From assembly GCA_016748015.1 (NCBI GenBank), contig JAAOMT010000029.1:236896-300895 (forward strand): a stretch of 64,000 bases of DNA, given 5' to 3'. Each line of letters begins with the position of its first letter. Position 1 is the first letter of the stretch. Source of the stretch: Geosiphon pyriformis uo1 (lineage: Eukaryota > Fungi > Glomeromycota). Both the position numbers and the translations under genes were made by a program. This document shows, in pieces, positions 25,556 to 37,757 of the stretch. The notes beneath the pieces were generated by a model, which saw only the letters and a program-made list of their open reading frames with translations, had not been told where the DNA came from and made no database searches.

Positions 25556-26540
25556 CTAGACATCTTTCAGCTGGATCAATAGAACAAAGCAATCAGCATT
25601 CTGTTGCTCAGTGTCATGAGATATTCTTTTACAATGAAGGTTATACTTATCCAGAAGATATTGAATGCTTCTCTTGGAACTTATTGAAAAGAATATGTTA
25701 GCATCCATCAATTAAATGTTCCAGAAAGTGATTTAAGATTGCACATAGCTACCTTCTTTCTTGATAAGACGTCAAGAATTTAGCACCTCGTGAATGGTGC
25801 GTTAAAATGAACGCTACCGTCGAAATAATGTCTTCGAAATCTAAGAATTAATAGGTTTCGTTGGATTGGATCGGGAATTTGGTGAACAAATCAAGGTCCA
25901 ATTACTCACCTTTAGGGTCGTAAAATGTATCACTTCCAAGGATCCAATCAATTTGAAGTCCCTCATCCTCTATCTTGTTCAATAATCCAAGAAGACCATC
26001 CATTTCGAATTCACCCCACATCAATCCCCATATCCAAAGTCTTTGATCATTGCTATCTCCATCTTCCGATATATTAATAGCATTTAATCTTGCTCCTTCA
26101 CGTATATTCTCCAGTATCTGGGGAACGTCCCCTCTATCTGTGAGAATCACGTGGGTATTTGATGAAAGGGATGCACAAAGAAGTCCAGGAAGCGATGTGC
26201 CTGCTCCAAGCTAATAAAATCAGTTGGAAAATCTAGGTTTTTATTTGACTGTCCTGATGTTGGATTTTGATAAGGAATTATTGATATTTCAAGAACTCAC
26301 TTCTAGAATAGTCTTACCCTGAAATAATTTACGCTCTTCCCATATATAATTGGAAAGTACAATAGCTGATGGCCATACATAGCATCCGTAGGACGGATCT
26401 AAAAGCTAATGCGAGAGATGGTTAAATATAGAATTTCCTAGCAAAAAGATTTTTCATAATACCTCCGTAATAATTACGGTTCGTTCATCATTTTCATCTT
26501 CAAAATGGAACTCTTTTGTGTTAAGTTGCCTTGAATCCAT
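25556..26540 (-). CDS. METTL23-like family-16 (seven-beta-strand) protein methyltransferase, multi-exon
   Basis: Spliced translation: MDSRQ..IITE/LLDPSYGCYVWPSAIVLS..FQGKTILE/LGAGTSLPGL..ILTD..WGEF..WILGSDTFYDP..YQERS..LLIQLKDV*. Confidence 0.88.
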
Positions 26541-26822
26541 TCCTGAATTAGCTGTGCCCAAGAAGCTTAATTGAAAATCATTGTCCCCTGCCAAGGATAA
26601 AAGGATAATATTTCCGAATTCGAATAATCCTTTATGCGCTGCAATGATAATCCTTCATTTACACAAATCAAATTGTGGGAAAATTGATACTACCCCTTGG
26701 TCAGCTAATTGAAAATGGCGTAACAATTTGAGTATAAAATTTATTTATAATGGTCAGTGCATTTCCAACAACTGTGAAAATTTATTTATTTCAAAATCGA
26801 CAACCTATCGTGATAGAAAAAA

Positions 26823-28319
26823 ATGGAAAATAAAGGAATCTCAATAATTGATGCGCGAGAACCTGATAAAATGAAGGGGGAATTTTCAAAGTATATTCCA
26901 TCCGAAATCTTTAGAGGAATTTTTAAATTGATTGACGACGTTCCCACATTATTTTCATGCCTATTCGTAAATCATCAATGGTGTCATGAGATTATTCAGA
27001 TTTTTTGGTTATCACCCTTTAACAAAAGTCCATCGCCAGAAATCATAAAATTTTATGCAGCCTCACTTTCCGAACTCTCTCAAAAAGCTCTATTAGACGA
27101 GGAATTTTTCCCACTGTTCGACATTAAAAAAACTACTTTTGTATATCCTTCCTTCCTCCGAAATCTACACTTTGGGGCTGTACAGTCGTCAATCATTGCC
27201 CTCCTATTCCCCAACAAAATTATGTTGACAAAGGACCAAAGAATTAAAGTTTCAATCGCTTTGCGTGAAATTATTAGTCTGATTTTTCAAACTTCCGAGG
27301 CGCTGAACGAATTAATTTTTGAGGTCTTCGCAGCACAAGTAGGAGAATTTCCTGAGGAAAATTTATTATTTACAGAATTTCCAGGATCACAAAATGCTTT
27401 AGAGCCTATCAAGAAATTTCACTTCCGAGGAGATTATTATAATCCTAATTTCTGGCCATCATTAACAAGAAGATGCCAGCAAATTACTCATTTCGGTTTT
27501 GACAAAGCCTCCATGTCAGTACATGAAGATGAACAAGAAGACATTGCTAATTTTATCAGGGCTCAGAAACGACTCTCACATCTTCAACTTTACAATTGTG
27601 ACAAACTACTTAGCACTATGATAGCTGCCCTGTCATCTTGCTCCCGTTCACTTAGGACTCTGAGCTTTAACAAAATGGATTTTACATCAATGGATGCAGA
27701 AGGCATAAAAGGGTTAAAATCTTGTGTCAACCTAGAAGCCTTAGATCTGGATTATTGTAGTAATTGTGATACTGCTGCTCTGGTTGAGGCCGCTGAATCA
27801 TTTCATCAACTTCGATATTTCTCTTATCTATCCACTCGAAGAACAATTCCAGTAGAATTAGTGAAAACAATTTTAATAGCGAGCAATAATCATCTCGAGT
27901 TTTTTTCATTGAATCCGTTATCCTGGACAACGTTTCTTGACCCTTTAATTAGTGAAACTTTTCATACCAACACCCAGAGTGTCAAGTTCTTGGAATTACC
28001 AAGATTAAGTTATGAACAAGTGTCTCAAATTCTCACTGCGTGTCCAAATTTGAAAGACTTCATATTTTCAGCAACGTTGGACTTCCCTTGTTTGGAGACT
28101 ATTGAAAAAGCCGCACCAGAAAGTCTTCAACATCTGCGTATCAATATTAATGGAGTTCAAAGATTTACTTTACCTGCTTTGCGATCATTTTTCAAAAGTG
28201 GAAGAATTAATCTGAAATCTTTTCATATTGGTGCACCTTTTAATGAACGAACTCGAGATTGTGTAAAAGAACATGGCATTGCTGATGTTTATCCTATGAA
28301 AAGGATTGAATGTAAGTGA
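26823..28319 (+). CDS. F-box / RNI-like leucine-rich-repeat protein, 498 aa, intronless
   Basis: F-box-like IPSEIFRGIF..TLFSCLFVNHQWC..W..PF, then FVYPSFLRNL, then LxxLxL repeats. This architecture is typical of the expanded glomeromycotan family. Confidence 0.85.
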   Translation: MENKGISIIDAREPDKMKGEFSKYIPSEIFRGIFKLIDDVPTLFSCLFVNHQWCHEIIQIFWLSPFNKSPSPEIIKFYAASLSELSQKALLDEEFFPLFDIKKTTFVYPSFLRNLHFGAVQSSIIALLFPNKIMLTKDQRIKVSIALREIISLIFQTSEALNELIFEVFAAQVGEFPEENLLFTEFPGSQNALEPIKKFHFRGDYYNPNFWPSLTRRCQQITHFGFDKASMSVHEDEQEDIANFIRAQKRLSHLQLYNCDKLLSTMIAALSSCSRSLRTLSFNKMDFTSMDAEGIKGLKSCVNLEALDLDYCSNCDTAALVEAAESFHQLRYFSYLSTRRTIPVELVKTILIASNNHLEFFSLNPLSWTTFLDPLISETFHTNTQSVKFLELPRLSYEQVSQILTACPNLKDFIFSATLDFPCLETIEKAAPESLQHLRININGVQRFTLPALRSFFKSGRINLKSFHIGAPFNERTRDCVKEHGIADVYPMKRIECK

Positions 28320-31300
28320 AGTTTTACAAATAATTTTATGACTTTCATAAAATGGGGATTTTAAACAAATCTTTTTGATATTTGGGTCTTTTTAGATTAC
28401 CGTAGAAATTACATTCCAGATTTCGGTATCAAAGATTTGAGATATACGCGGATTCCTGATGAATTTTTTGGGAGATAATATTGACAAATGTCTTTAAATT
28501 TGGAACCACACATTCTTATTGTTAAAATATTAAAGGTTATTTTCTTTTATCAAGCCGCCTTTCCAGCTAAGCATTAAAGAAATTTTTATTGTTTCATTTA
28601 TCGACTTTTAAAAGTTATCAGTGACAAAGTTATTAAAAATCATAAATTCAAATAAAATATATATTATGAGCTTCTCTTCTACTTTATTTATTTTTTGTTT
28701 GATATTTTATATGAAAAAAAAAACTCGCAATTTAAATAAGTTTTAATATGAAAAAATTATTAGTTAATATATAGTTAAAAGAATTTATGAGGCTATTTCT
28801 TGCATTTTAAAAGATCCAAAAAGCATAAAATTGGTAAAAAAACAAATAATCACTTTTTATAAATGATAATAATTATTATAAATTAAAAAGATTAAAAATA
28901 AAAGTAAAGAAAAATGAATTAGTTAACTTATATTAATACAATGTATTGTAATAGAATATATATTAAAAAAAAAATCATTTTCAAATTTTTAGAAAAATTA
29001 TTTGTAATTCAGATTTAAAAATAATAAAAATAATATACAATAATAAAATAAAATAAAATTTTACAGAATACATTAAATAATTAATTGAATTAATAAAAAA
29101 AAATTATTTGAATTAGTAATAAAAATAATAGATTTTTTATTATATATATTAATTCTAAGTTATTAAATAAAATATTAAGATTACATTTTGTCAAAGCAAT
29201 AAAAAAAAATTTTTTTTTTTAATTATTATAATTATTGTTAAAATTAGAATAATTAGTAGTAGAACTACACTTTGCTAAATCGAAAAAAAAAAATTTTAAA
29301 ATTTAAATAATTTTTTATAATAATTTTTTAAATATTTTCTATAATTAAATTTGTCATTTTTTAAATTTAATCATTATTAATATTTTATCTTAAATATTTT
29401 CTTTTATATAAGTTTTTTTTTTTTTGCAAATGTGAGAATTTCTTACTTATAATTTTTATTATATAAAACAATGGTTACATGTAATAATTGAAACGACGAT
29501 AACAATGACAACGACAATAACCACAATAATACCAATAATTAAGAAAACGATTCTGTTCATTCAAAAATCTTACATTTTAATTGTTGCTCTGTGAACTGAA
29601 AATTCAGTTCAACTTTTTGTCGAATGTCAGTTAGAAAGAATGAAAAATTATATCTAAATGTTTGTTATTTTAAAAAAAAAAATTTAATAATTTCCTTTCA
29701 TTTTACACTATCGAAAAAAAAGTTTTTAAAATAAGTCTCATAACTAAAACTTTTGGGGAGATTTTTTTTGACATCAACTTTTAATAATAATTAATCAAGG
29801 ATTCCAAAAAAGACTTTTGGTAATTTAATTGTATTTTAAGGTTTTACTTATTATTGTACTAGAATTTTTATTTGGAAACTACAAAAAAATAAAAATGAAA
29901 ATTGGGAAGATAATTTTCAGTTCAATGAGTTTAAAGCTTTTTGTCTCTAATACTGCAGGAAAAATAATTTGCTTTTTTTTTAAAATCAAAACTCTATTCA
30001 ATTATAATACTTTATAATTTGTAAAAAAAAAATTGAGCTTTTAAAGTCCTATTAGGTTTTACTCTTCTCTTATTCAAAAATGTTGGTAAATAGGAGTAAC
30101 ATTTTTTAAGTTCAAGTTTTGAATCCTTGATTAAATCTTGTCAATATGAAAATCTTCATAATTTATCGTTTTATACCAATTAAAGAAGTGAAGAAAATGT
30201 CATCAAGATTTCTTCCCTTCTATTTTTAAAATTTTCATTTCTTACTGTAACACTTTTAACTTATGAATTAGTTAGAAAATTATTTACCAAGAATCAACTT
30301 AGGAGTGCAAGAGAGAATCAAATTGTACCCCTAAAGATATATTCAAAATATTCAATGAAATTTTTTAGGAAAAGAAATAAAAATTTAGCTAGTCATTGGT
30401 TTGAGTATAATAAACTCCGGTATTGCTCATTCCTTAAAAGCATTTGATCACAAATTATCAGGCGATAAATCACAAAAAAGATTCCGAACCAATTATTTTA
30501 GCTTTATGTTCTGATCCTTTAATTCATAAAGATCTTCAATTAAAAGGGTCATGTGCTCAATGAGTTTATGTTGGGCTCCAGAAAACCACGAATTCCCAAT
30601 CATTAGGATATCTTTATGTGTACAATAAAGGTTAGAATCTGCATACTGTGCCATAAAGAATAAGTTACTGACATATGTTGACAGGTTCTTCAATTTCTCA
30701 AAATTAAAAACTCTGTGTCAAACCTGATGAAAATCAAATCAAAAATCGATATTTCCCATGTTTCGCCATATGATATAAAAAAACTTTAGAAAATGAGAAA
30801 AATATTCATAGAATAAAAATTTTATTCATGTACCTTATACATATAATGATTTTAACCCGAATGAACTATAAGACTTGGTCACAGTATTAATTTTCTCCTT
30901 TTGGTCAGGGAGTCCAAATTTTTTAAGGAATCTTATTATCGCGAGTGAAAACTATAAGTCTAGAATTTAATTTTCTTCTTACTCACTTAAACTTTTCAAC
31001 ATACTTTAAGCTGATTCAGATTTCAGAAAAGTGGCTGAATTCAATAAATTCAAAAACAGCATCATTTACTGATTTTACTTTTTACGAACCTGAAATGGCG
31101 ATTGAAAACCTGATTACAGTAAAAAAAAATGAGGGAATTTAAAAGCCGAATAATGAGGGGTAAAATTGACATCATTTGATTTTAACCCGTTATCTAAAAA
31201 TATATCTCATTTTAAAACTTTTTTTTGGTTAGAGATTAATGCAAATTTCTTTACGAAATGAGGGATTTTCTCGTAATAAATTTTCAAAATTCATTTTGAA

Positions 31301-31483
31301 ATAGTTTATAAATATGGAAAGTTTTTTGCTCAAAAAAAAAACCCCCCCCCCCAATTCTAACAATTTAATTCTTAACAAGTCAATTCTTGACAAAAAATAT
31401 TTAAAACTTCTCTCAAAGAAAAGTCTTGAACCAAATCTATCAATTCAACACCCGAATTTCTTCATTTAAAAAATTTTCTAAAA

Positions 31484-32017
31484 ATGTTTTCAAAAGTATC
31501 AATTTCTTTCGCTCTTCTCTTTTTAATTGTCGTTATCGTTTCATTATCAATGGTCTCGGCAGTACCACTTCCATATGAAAAAAGAGGTTACATTCTCAAT
31601 GGTGTCGATATATCTACATGTCCTCAAGATCGTTTCAACATTGGGTGTGGTAACAAAGGATACGGAAACATTGGGAATAATAATATCGGAGATCAAAATA
31701 TTGGAGATCAGAATAGTGGTAACCAGAATATTGGGGATAAAAATGGTGTAAAAGATAAGGTCGCTTATAACGGAAATCAAAATATTGGAAATGAGAATGG
31801 TGTGTCTAATATAGGTAAAAATAACGGGAACCAAAATATTGGAAATAAGAATGGGGTATCTAATATAGGTAAAGATAACGGGAACCAAAATGTTGGAACT
31901 GGTAACGGGTCTTATAATAATGGATCTTATAACGGAAATCGAAATGTCGGTGGAAAAAACGGGAAAGGTAATGGTTCCCACCGCGCTAGACCGCATAAGT
32001 CGCATTCAAGTTCATAA
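31484..32017 (+). CDS. Small secreted Gly/Asn-repeat protein, copy A (177 aa; signal peptide, KR site, CX8C, GxxNIGxxN repeats)
   Basis: Intact ORF with hydrophobic signal ending VSA, pro-peptide VPLPYEKR, then periodic Gly/Asn repeats. An intact paralogue lies nearby. Confidence 0.85.
   Translation: MFSKVSISFALLFLIVVIVSLSMVSAVPLPYEKRGYILNGVDISTCPQDRFNIGCGNKGYGNIGNNNIGDQNIGDQNSGNQNIGDKNGVKDKVAYNGNQNIGNENGVSNIGKNNGNQNIGNKNGVSNIGKDNGNQNVGTGNGSYNNGSYNGNRNVGGKNGKGNGSHRARPHKSHSSS
31769..31876 (+). repeat. 54-bp tandem duplication (18-codon unit) within Gly/Asn-repeat gene A
   Basis: 31769-31822 and 31823-31876 encode NGNQNIGNENGVSNIGKN and NGNQNIGNKNGVSNIGKD. Confidence 0.9.
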
Positions 32018-33084
32018 AATGTTGAATTCAAAGACTCCACAGATTTAGAATGTAGAATTTTGGAGATCAATTATCATTGTCAATTTAAACAGAAAAACTT
32101 TTTAAATCATGTTCCATAGAATAGAAACTTTTAATGTAGACATCATCAAGAAAGTATATAAATAACTCATTTCATACTCAATTAAGTTTAAATAAAAAAC
32201 TTTTTCGAATAATTTAATTATCAACAATTAACTTTTAACATTCACCAAATAAAGATGCGAAAATCTCCATTGATACCCACTTAAGCTTGGATTTCCTAAA
32301 CTGATTTTGATCAAATTGTTCGATCATCAAATGATATCATAAATTGAAGTCTAGCTTTTTCAACAGCACATCTTTCTATGATGATTAATCCTATACCTGT
32401 TTTTCAATTTAAGCAATAATTCACAACCCCATATCGAGAAATGTAAATCATAAAGTGAACAAACAAATATTGGGGCTATTCATTTTCGAATTTCTTGAAA
32501 AGGTTGAAACAATGTGTTTTGAATTTAGATTGTTCAGGCTCACAACAAAAGAATAAGATTTTTCCCAAATTTGAAAACGAACATTATAGCCAAATCATAT
32601 CACAAATTTATTAATCTTCGAGTTTGAAAAATTTGGATATAAAAGATTATTTTATATGGTCATTAAATTTAAAAGAAACAAAATTCTTTTTTTGTTTAAA
32701 TTAAAATGAAACAACACAAACCCCCATAATTATAAAGGAAGCTGGCTTATAAGATCAAAACCAAATTAAAAAAGTCTTCAAGACAAAATATTGTTGAAGT
32801 TAAAAAGTATGAATCTTTTAAAAACATATTTGGAATAGCAAAACGAAACTTCAAATTAAAACACAATATCCCCAAATTTGATATTTAAGTCGTGAGCTTG
32901 AAACAAAAAATTTTAAAGAGACTCAAAAATATTCACAGCAGATTAAAGTTTTAAAATTAAAGAAATTTTAAATTTTTTTTGAATACAAGCCAAATTTATA
33001 ATCAAAAATTTTAGTTCATCCAAAATTTTCTCGTAAATTCTAAAGGATTTATTTACCAGTTGATAAAAATAAATAAATAAATAA

Positions 33085-33122
<38 letters not shown>

Positions 33123-33289
33123 TACATAAAAATGAATCATTCTATGTGAATGTCTTTGATTTGATGCCTAATAAATATTGTAATTATGACAAGATTAATT
33201 AACTCGATTTTATGAATAAATATGCTGTTTGAATGTATTTTCTAAAATTTAAAGATCCTAATATAACTTTTTGAATTCTATCCTTTAGT

Positions 33290-33724
33290 CTAAGGTTGAG
33301 CATTAGATGTCCCGTTTTTGTTACCAACATTTCGATTTCCGTTATCAGATCCATTATTAAAAGACCCGTTACCATTACCAACATTTTGGTTTCCGTTATC
33401 TTTACCTATATTAGATACCCCATTATCATTTCCAACATTTTGATTTCCATTATGAGCATCACCATTTTTGCTCCCAACATTCTGATTACCCCTATTCTGA
33501 TCTCCAATATTTTGATCTCCGATATTATTATTCCCAATGTTTCCGTATCCTTTGTTACCACACCCAATGTTGAAGGGATCTTGAGGACATGTAGATATAT
33601 CGACACCATTGAGAATGTAACCTCTTTTTTCATATGAAAGTGGTACTGCCGAGACCATAGATAATGAAACGATAAAGACAATTAAAAAGAGAAGAGCGAA
33701 AGAAATTGATACTTTTGAAGACAT
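33290..33724 (-). CDS. Small secreted Gly/Asn-repeat protein, copy B (144 aa from the ATG at 33724)
   Basis: Near-identical to copy A over signal peptide, KR site and Cys cap. It has one 18-aa unit fewer and a different C-terminus, and is convergent with copy A. Confidence 0.85.
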   Translation of the reverse strand: MSSKVSISFALLFLIVFIVSLSMVSAVPLSYEKRGYILNGVDISTCPQDPFNIGCGNKGYGNIGNNNIGDQNIGDQNRGNQNVGSKNGDAHNGNQNVGNDNGVSNIGKDNGNQNVGNGNGSFNNGSDNGNRNVGNKNGTSNAQP

Positions 33725-36700
33725 TTTTAGAAAATTTTTAAATAGTTTAAATTTTTGACGGGTGGATATTGGCGATTTCAATAAAGTATTTTTTGGCAAA
33801 AAAAGTCTGTTTTAATTTATCTTTTTTGGGAGTTGTCAAGATTGATTTTGATTTTTTTCTTTGAAAGCTGTTTTGAAGCTTGTTGTAATTGACCTGATGA
33901 AGAATATTTCTCTCTCATATTTATACAAAATTTGGAAGAAAATTTCTAAAGTTAACGTGTCCAGAAAGTTAAAATATGAAATAAACATTGCAAATGAGTC
34001 ATTCCTAAAAACAGATGATAAGAGTACATCTAAATTTCTATTTAAAGTTAAAGTAATTTTCTGTTTTTAGGTATCGAGTGTATCTGCTAGATTTAGAGAA
34101 AAAGCTACTTTTATATTGCATACTTGAACCCACTATTGCGCCACGTTCTAACCGTTTTTTCATAAAGAAATCCTCTTTTATATCTTTTGTTAAAAAAAGA
34201 AAATCAGTTAAAAAACTTTAATTAAAAATTAATTATACTAAAAAACTTATTAATTTTGTAGTGAAAATTTTCTTTTTAAATTTAACTAACTAGTCTTAGA
34301 AATAATAAAGAAAATTAATCTGAGGTTTTCACGGGCATCTATTAATTTTAATATTTCATTCTAAATGCTTTACTTTTTTCATATTTGAGATTAAAAATTT
34401 TTGATTTGAAAAACTTAAAACCTGTTTAAAAGCCATTCAATAATAAAGATGCAGGATCTTAATTTAATGGGAAAACCACTTGACCATATTGTTGTCGTTG
34501 TAATTCATTTTTTTGGCTAGGTGAATGCTTTGTGTACCCTAATATAATATAATACATTAACTAAAAACCATTTTCAAAATCATTTTAAATGATTAAAATA
34601 ATTTTTCCTTTGCCTCATTATTAAAATTCCCTTTATAATTGATTTTTTCAGGGGTACATTTTTGATCTTTGAAAAATCTATTTTAATCAATTTATATAAT
34701 AATGTCACACACAATTACCGGCTTCTCTAAATTGGTGATAAATGGATCAGGGGAAAGCCATATACAAAAATATAACAACATGTCTTGATTACCTGATTCT
34801 CTATTAAATTTTTCTTTATCAACAAGTTGAGACGAGGTCTAGAACTATTAATTCCAAATTAAGCTGAAATTATACCAAATACGCAAAACTAAACGCTTAT
34901 TCATAGTTTTCCCTGCTCTTTGGATAAGTGCTGGCCTTAAAACTTAAGGCATTCATTGAAAAAGAAATTATTATTTTTTTTAGTACATAACCTTTTAGAA
35001 TATGCGAAATTGTCAAACTTGAACAGATTACAACCCTGACTGAAACAGTCAAACTTTTATATGCCATTTGAGGGGCACTAGAAGCTCTTGTAAGAGAAAA
35101 TAATTTCGGCAGGAGATTTGGAGGTGAATTCAGATAGCCATGAGTTACCAGAAGTTAAACAGGATTAAAGTATTACATGACGAAATTTTTTCAATTATTT
35201 GCCAAGCTTTTCGTAAAATCTCAATCTCCTGTTCGTTGATTAAATTTAATCCCAAGAAAATAAATTAAAAAAAAAAAAAACAGAATTTTAATCTTTGAAA
35301 TCATTCAAAAAATATATGAGGAACTAAATAAAATTATTTAAATTAGCTAATATTCATCCGATTATTGTGAAAAATGAAATTCAAAAGATACGAGATTTGT
35401 CATCTAGTCGATTATACAAGGAAATAAAAAGGTAAAATTGAAAAATTACAAGCCCTCAGTTCAGGGGAACTTCTATGAAGGCAAAAATTTTGAAAATTTT
35501 TTTTAATAAGTTTACATATCCACTGGACAAAATCAGACAAAGTGTGGCTTGGCCATAAGAATGACGTTTACTGTTTACTTCCTATGGTTCTTTTACGTGT
35601 ATATTACTTTAAATGTTTAAAATAATTTTCTTTCTTGCGATACCAAAAGGAAATGGCTGACAAAGCTACCGAGCATTTGCACAACAAAAAGCACTTTGGT
35701 ACATCGTTTCTGAAAACAAGGATTATTGTACTCAAGATCAAGGTGGAAACCCTGAGTAGCTGGCTTAGTTCATATTGCCAGTGATAGAGAGATCTGTTTT
35801 TCCTTGGAGAATAGAATCCCTTTGTATTGTCACATTGAAATAAGGGAGTCCATTCTCATTATTGTTAGACTCCGGGCTGTTTTGTGGTATACATTTTGGT
35901 CTTCAGTTATGATGGAGTTTTAGCTTAAGAAGTTGCTTGGTTTATTCAACTTTACGTCAACACCACCCTTTTCTGATTTCTGTGAAACAACGCGTCACTT
36001 GGCGGATTTTTGGGTATCAAACACAATTGAACTTATCAAAGCCATTGATGAAACATAGGAAATACACACAATAATGGCTGATAAAACAATAATTTTAAAT
36101 TGCTTAAACTATTGAGAGTAACAAAAAAAATTCTTGGTTGTTTTATTAAAAAAAATCTTTTTTAATGTTTATTATTACTTAACAAAAATTATCAAATTAA
36201 TCAATACAAATTATAATTATAAATTAACCAATTATTAAATAAAATATTAAAATAATAGTAATTTATAAAATAATTAATATATATATATAATTGAAGCACA
36301 ATTACATGCAATTACTGAGAAATTGGCCTTTTAATCACAAATATCTATAATTTATAATATTTTAGAAAATTATTCAAAGACATTTTTTTTTTAAAAAAAA
36401 CAGTAATTTTAATAAAGATAATATTAATAGTTAAATATTATTACTAGTTATATTATTGGAAAAATTATTGTATTTATTGGCAATTAAAATTATTTATAAA
36501 TTGATTTTCAAATTACAAAAATATTAAAAAAAATATTAACAGAAACCTAATATTTTTAAATATTAATAATCTAGTGTTTATAAAAATATATATATATATA
36601 TATATATATTTTATATTAATATTAAAAAAATTATATAAATTAAAACTAGTCTAAAGCCATATTAATTCTACTAGTGTTTTTAATATGAATTAATTGTAAT

Positions 36701-37211
36701 AATGTTAAAACTAAGTAAATAATATTTTAAACTATTAAAATTGTATTAAAAAAAAATTCTTTATTATGTTTTGTTAAAAATAAATTAATTTAATATAATT
36801 TATTAAAAATAATAGTTATTGTATATTTAATTATTTTAAAGACATTTATTATTTATATGTTGTTTTTTAATTTTTTTATAATTATTTTTCATTTGTAAAA
36901 ATTTTTTTTTTATTGTGTTTAAATACTGTAAACTTTTTAATATAATAAACAATTTTTTTCTGATTTTAACAGCAAAAAAATTCACAAATACATTAATTTA
37001 GATTTCAAATAGTTTACAAGCAGTTCGAAATTTCATTCAAAAAAAAAAATAAAAAAAAAAAAAAAAAAACGCTTTTTTATACAAATTTATGTAATATTAA
37101 ATAAAATGAATTTTTGTGAATTTTAGTAAATTTTTACAAAATTTTAATCTAAACTAATTGAAATTTTTCTAAACTACTTAAAAATTTTTTTTAAAATACA
37201 TAAATTTTAAC

Positions 37212-37290
37212 TTAAACTGCTTGAAATTCATTTAAACTGCTTGAATTCTAGCTTAAACTGTTTGAATTCTAGCTTAAACTGTTTGAAATT
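37212..37290 (+). repeat. Short minisatellite, about 4 copies of a 20-21-bp unit TTAAACTG(C/T)TTGAATTCTAGC
   Basis: Directly adjacent imperfect copies with no spacers. Confidence 0.8.
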
Positions 37291-37757
37291 GTTATTATTA
37301 CAAATTTTAAAGCTAATGCATATAATTTACATATAGCATTTAATTACTCCTTGTATATTAATGTGAATTATATTTAAAATTATTAAAATTTATAATTTAA
37401 CTTTTAAACTGGTAATAATGTTTGTAAAATAATTTTTAATTTAAAGCTTACAAAAAAAGATATAAAAAAACATTTAACCAAAACTAAGTTAAAATTAAAC
37501 AAGAGTTGACATTATAATAATTACAAAAGTTTTCATGGTTTGACATTATAAATTTGTTTAAAAACAATTTTAAAAAGTTATTTGATTTATAAAAATTTCG
37601 GCATTTTTTTTTACAAATGCTAACCCTAAAGTAGTCGAAATTCAAAAGTTTGTTGATGATTCTTTACAATAATATTTTTCCATTTGTAAAAGATAAGTTT
37701 AAAAATATTACTTGTCCAAAACCAATATACAGTAATAATGAATAAAAATATATTATT

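Noticed and set aside
31527-33681. Antisense and alternate-frame ORFs overlapping both Gly/Asn-repeat genes (e.g. 31547-32005, 33296-33637)
   Set aside because: These are shadows of the biased Gly/Asn codons. Their presence in both copies follows from near-identical DNA.
33725-33799. 25-aa N-terminal extension given by the ORF track for repeat gene B
   Set aside because: It starts at a non-ATG codon. The paralogue and the signal peptide indicate the ATG at 33724.
34700-36100. Moderately GC-rich patches with short protein-like frames
   Set aside because: No motif or consistent frame could be recovered, so the evidence is too weak to call.
37212-37290. Short direct repeats considered as a possible CRISPR array
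   Set aside because: The units are contiguous with no unique spacers, there are no cas genes, and the context is eukaryotic.
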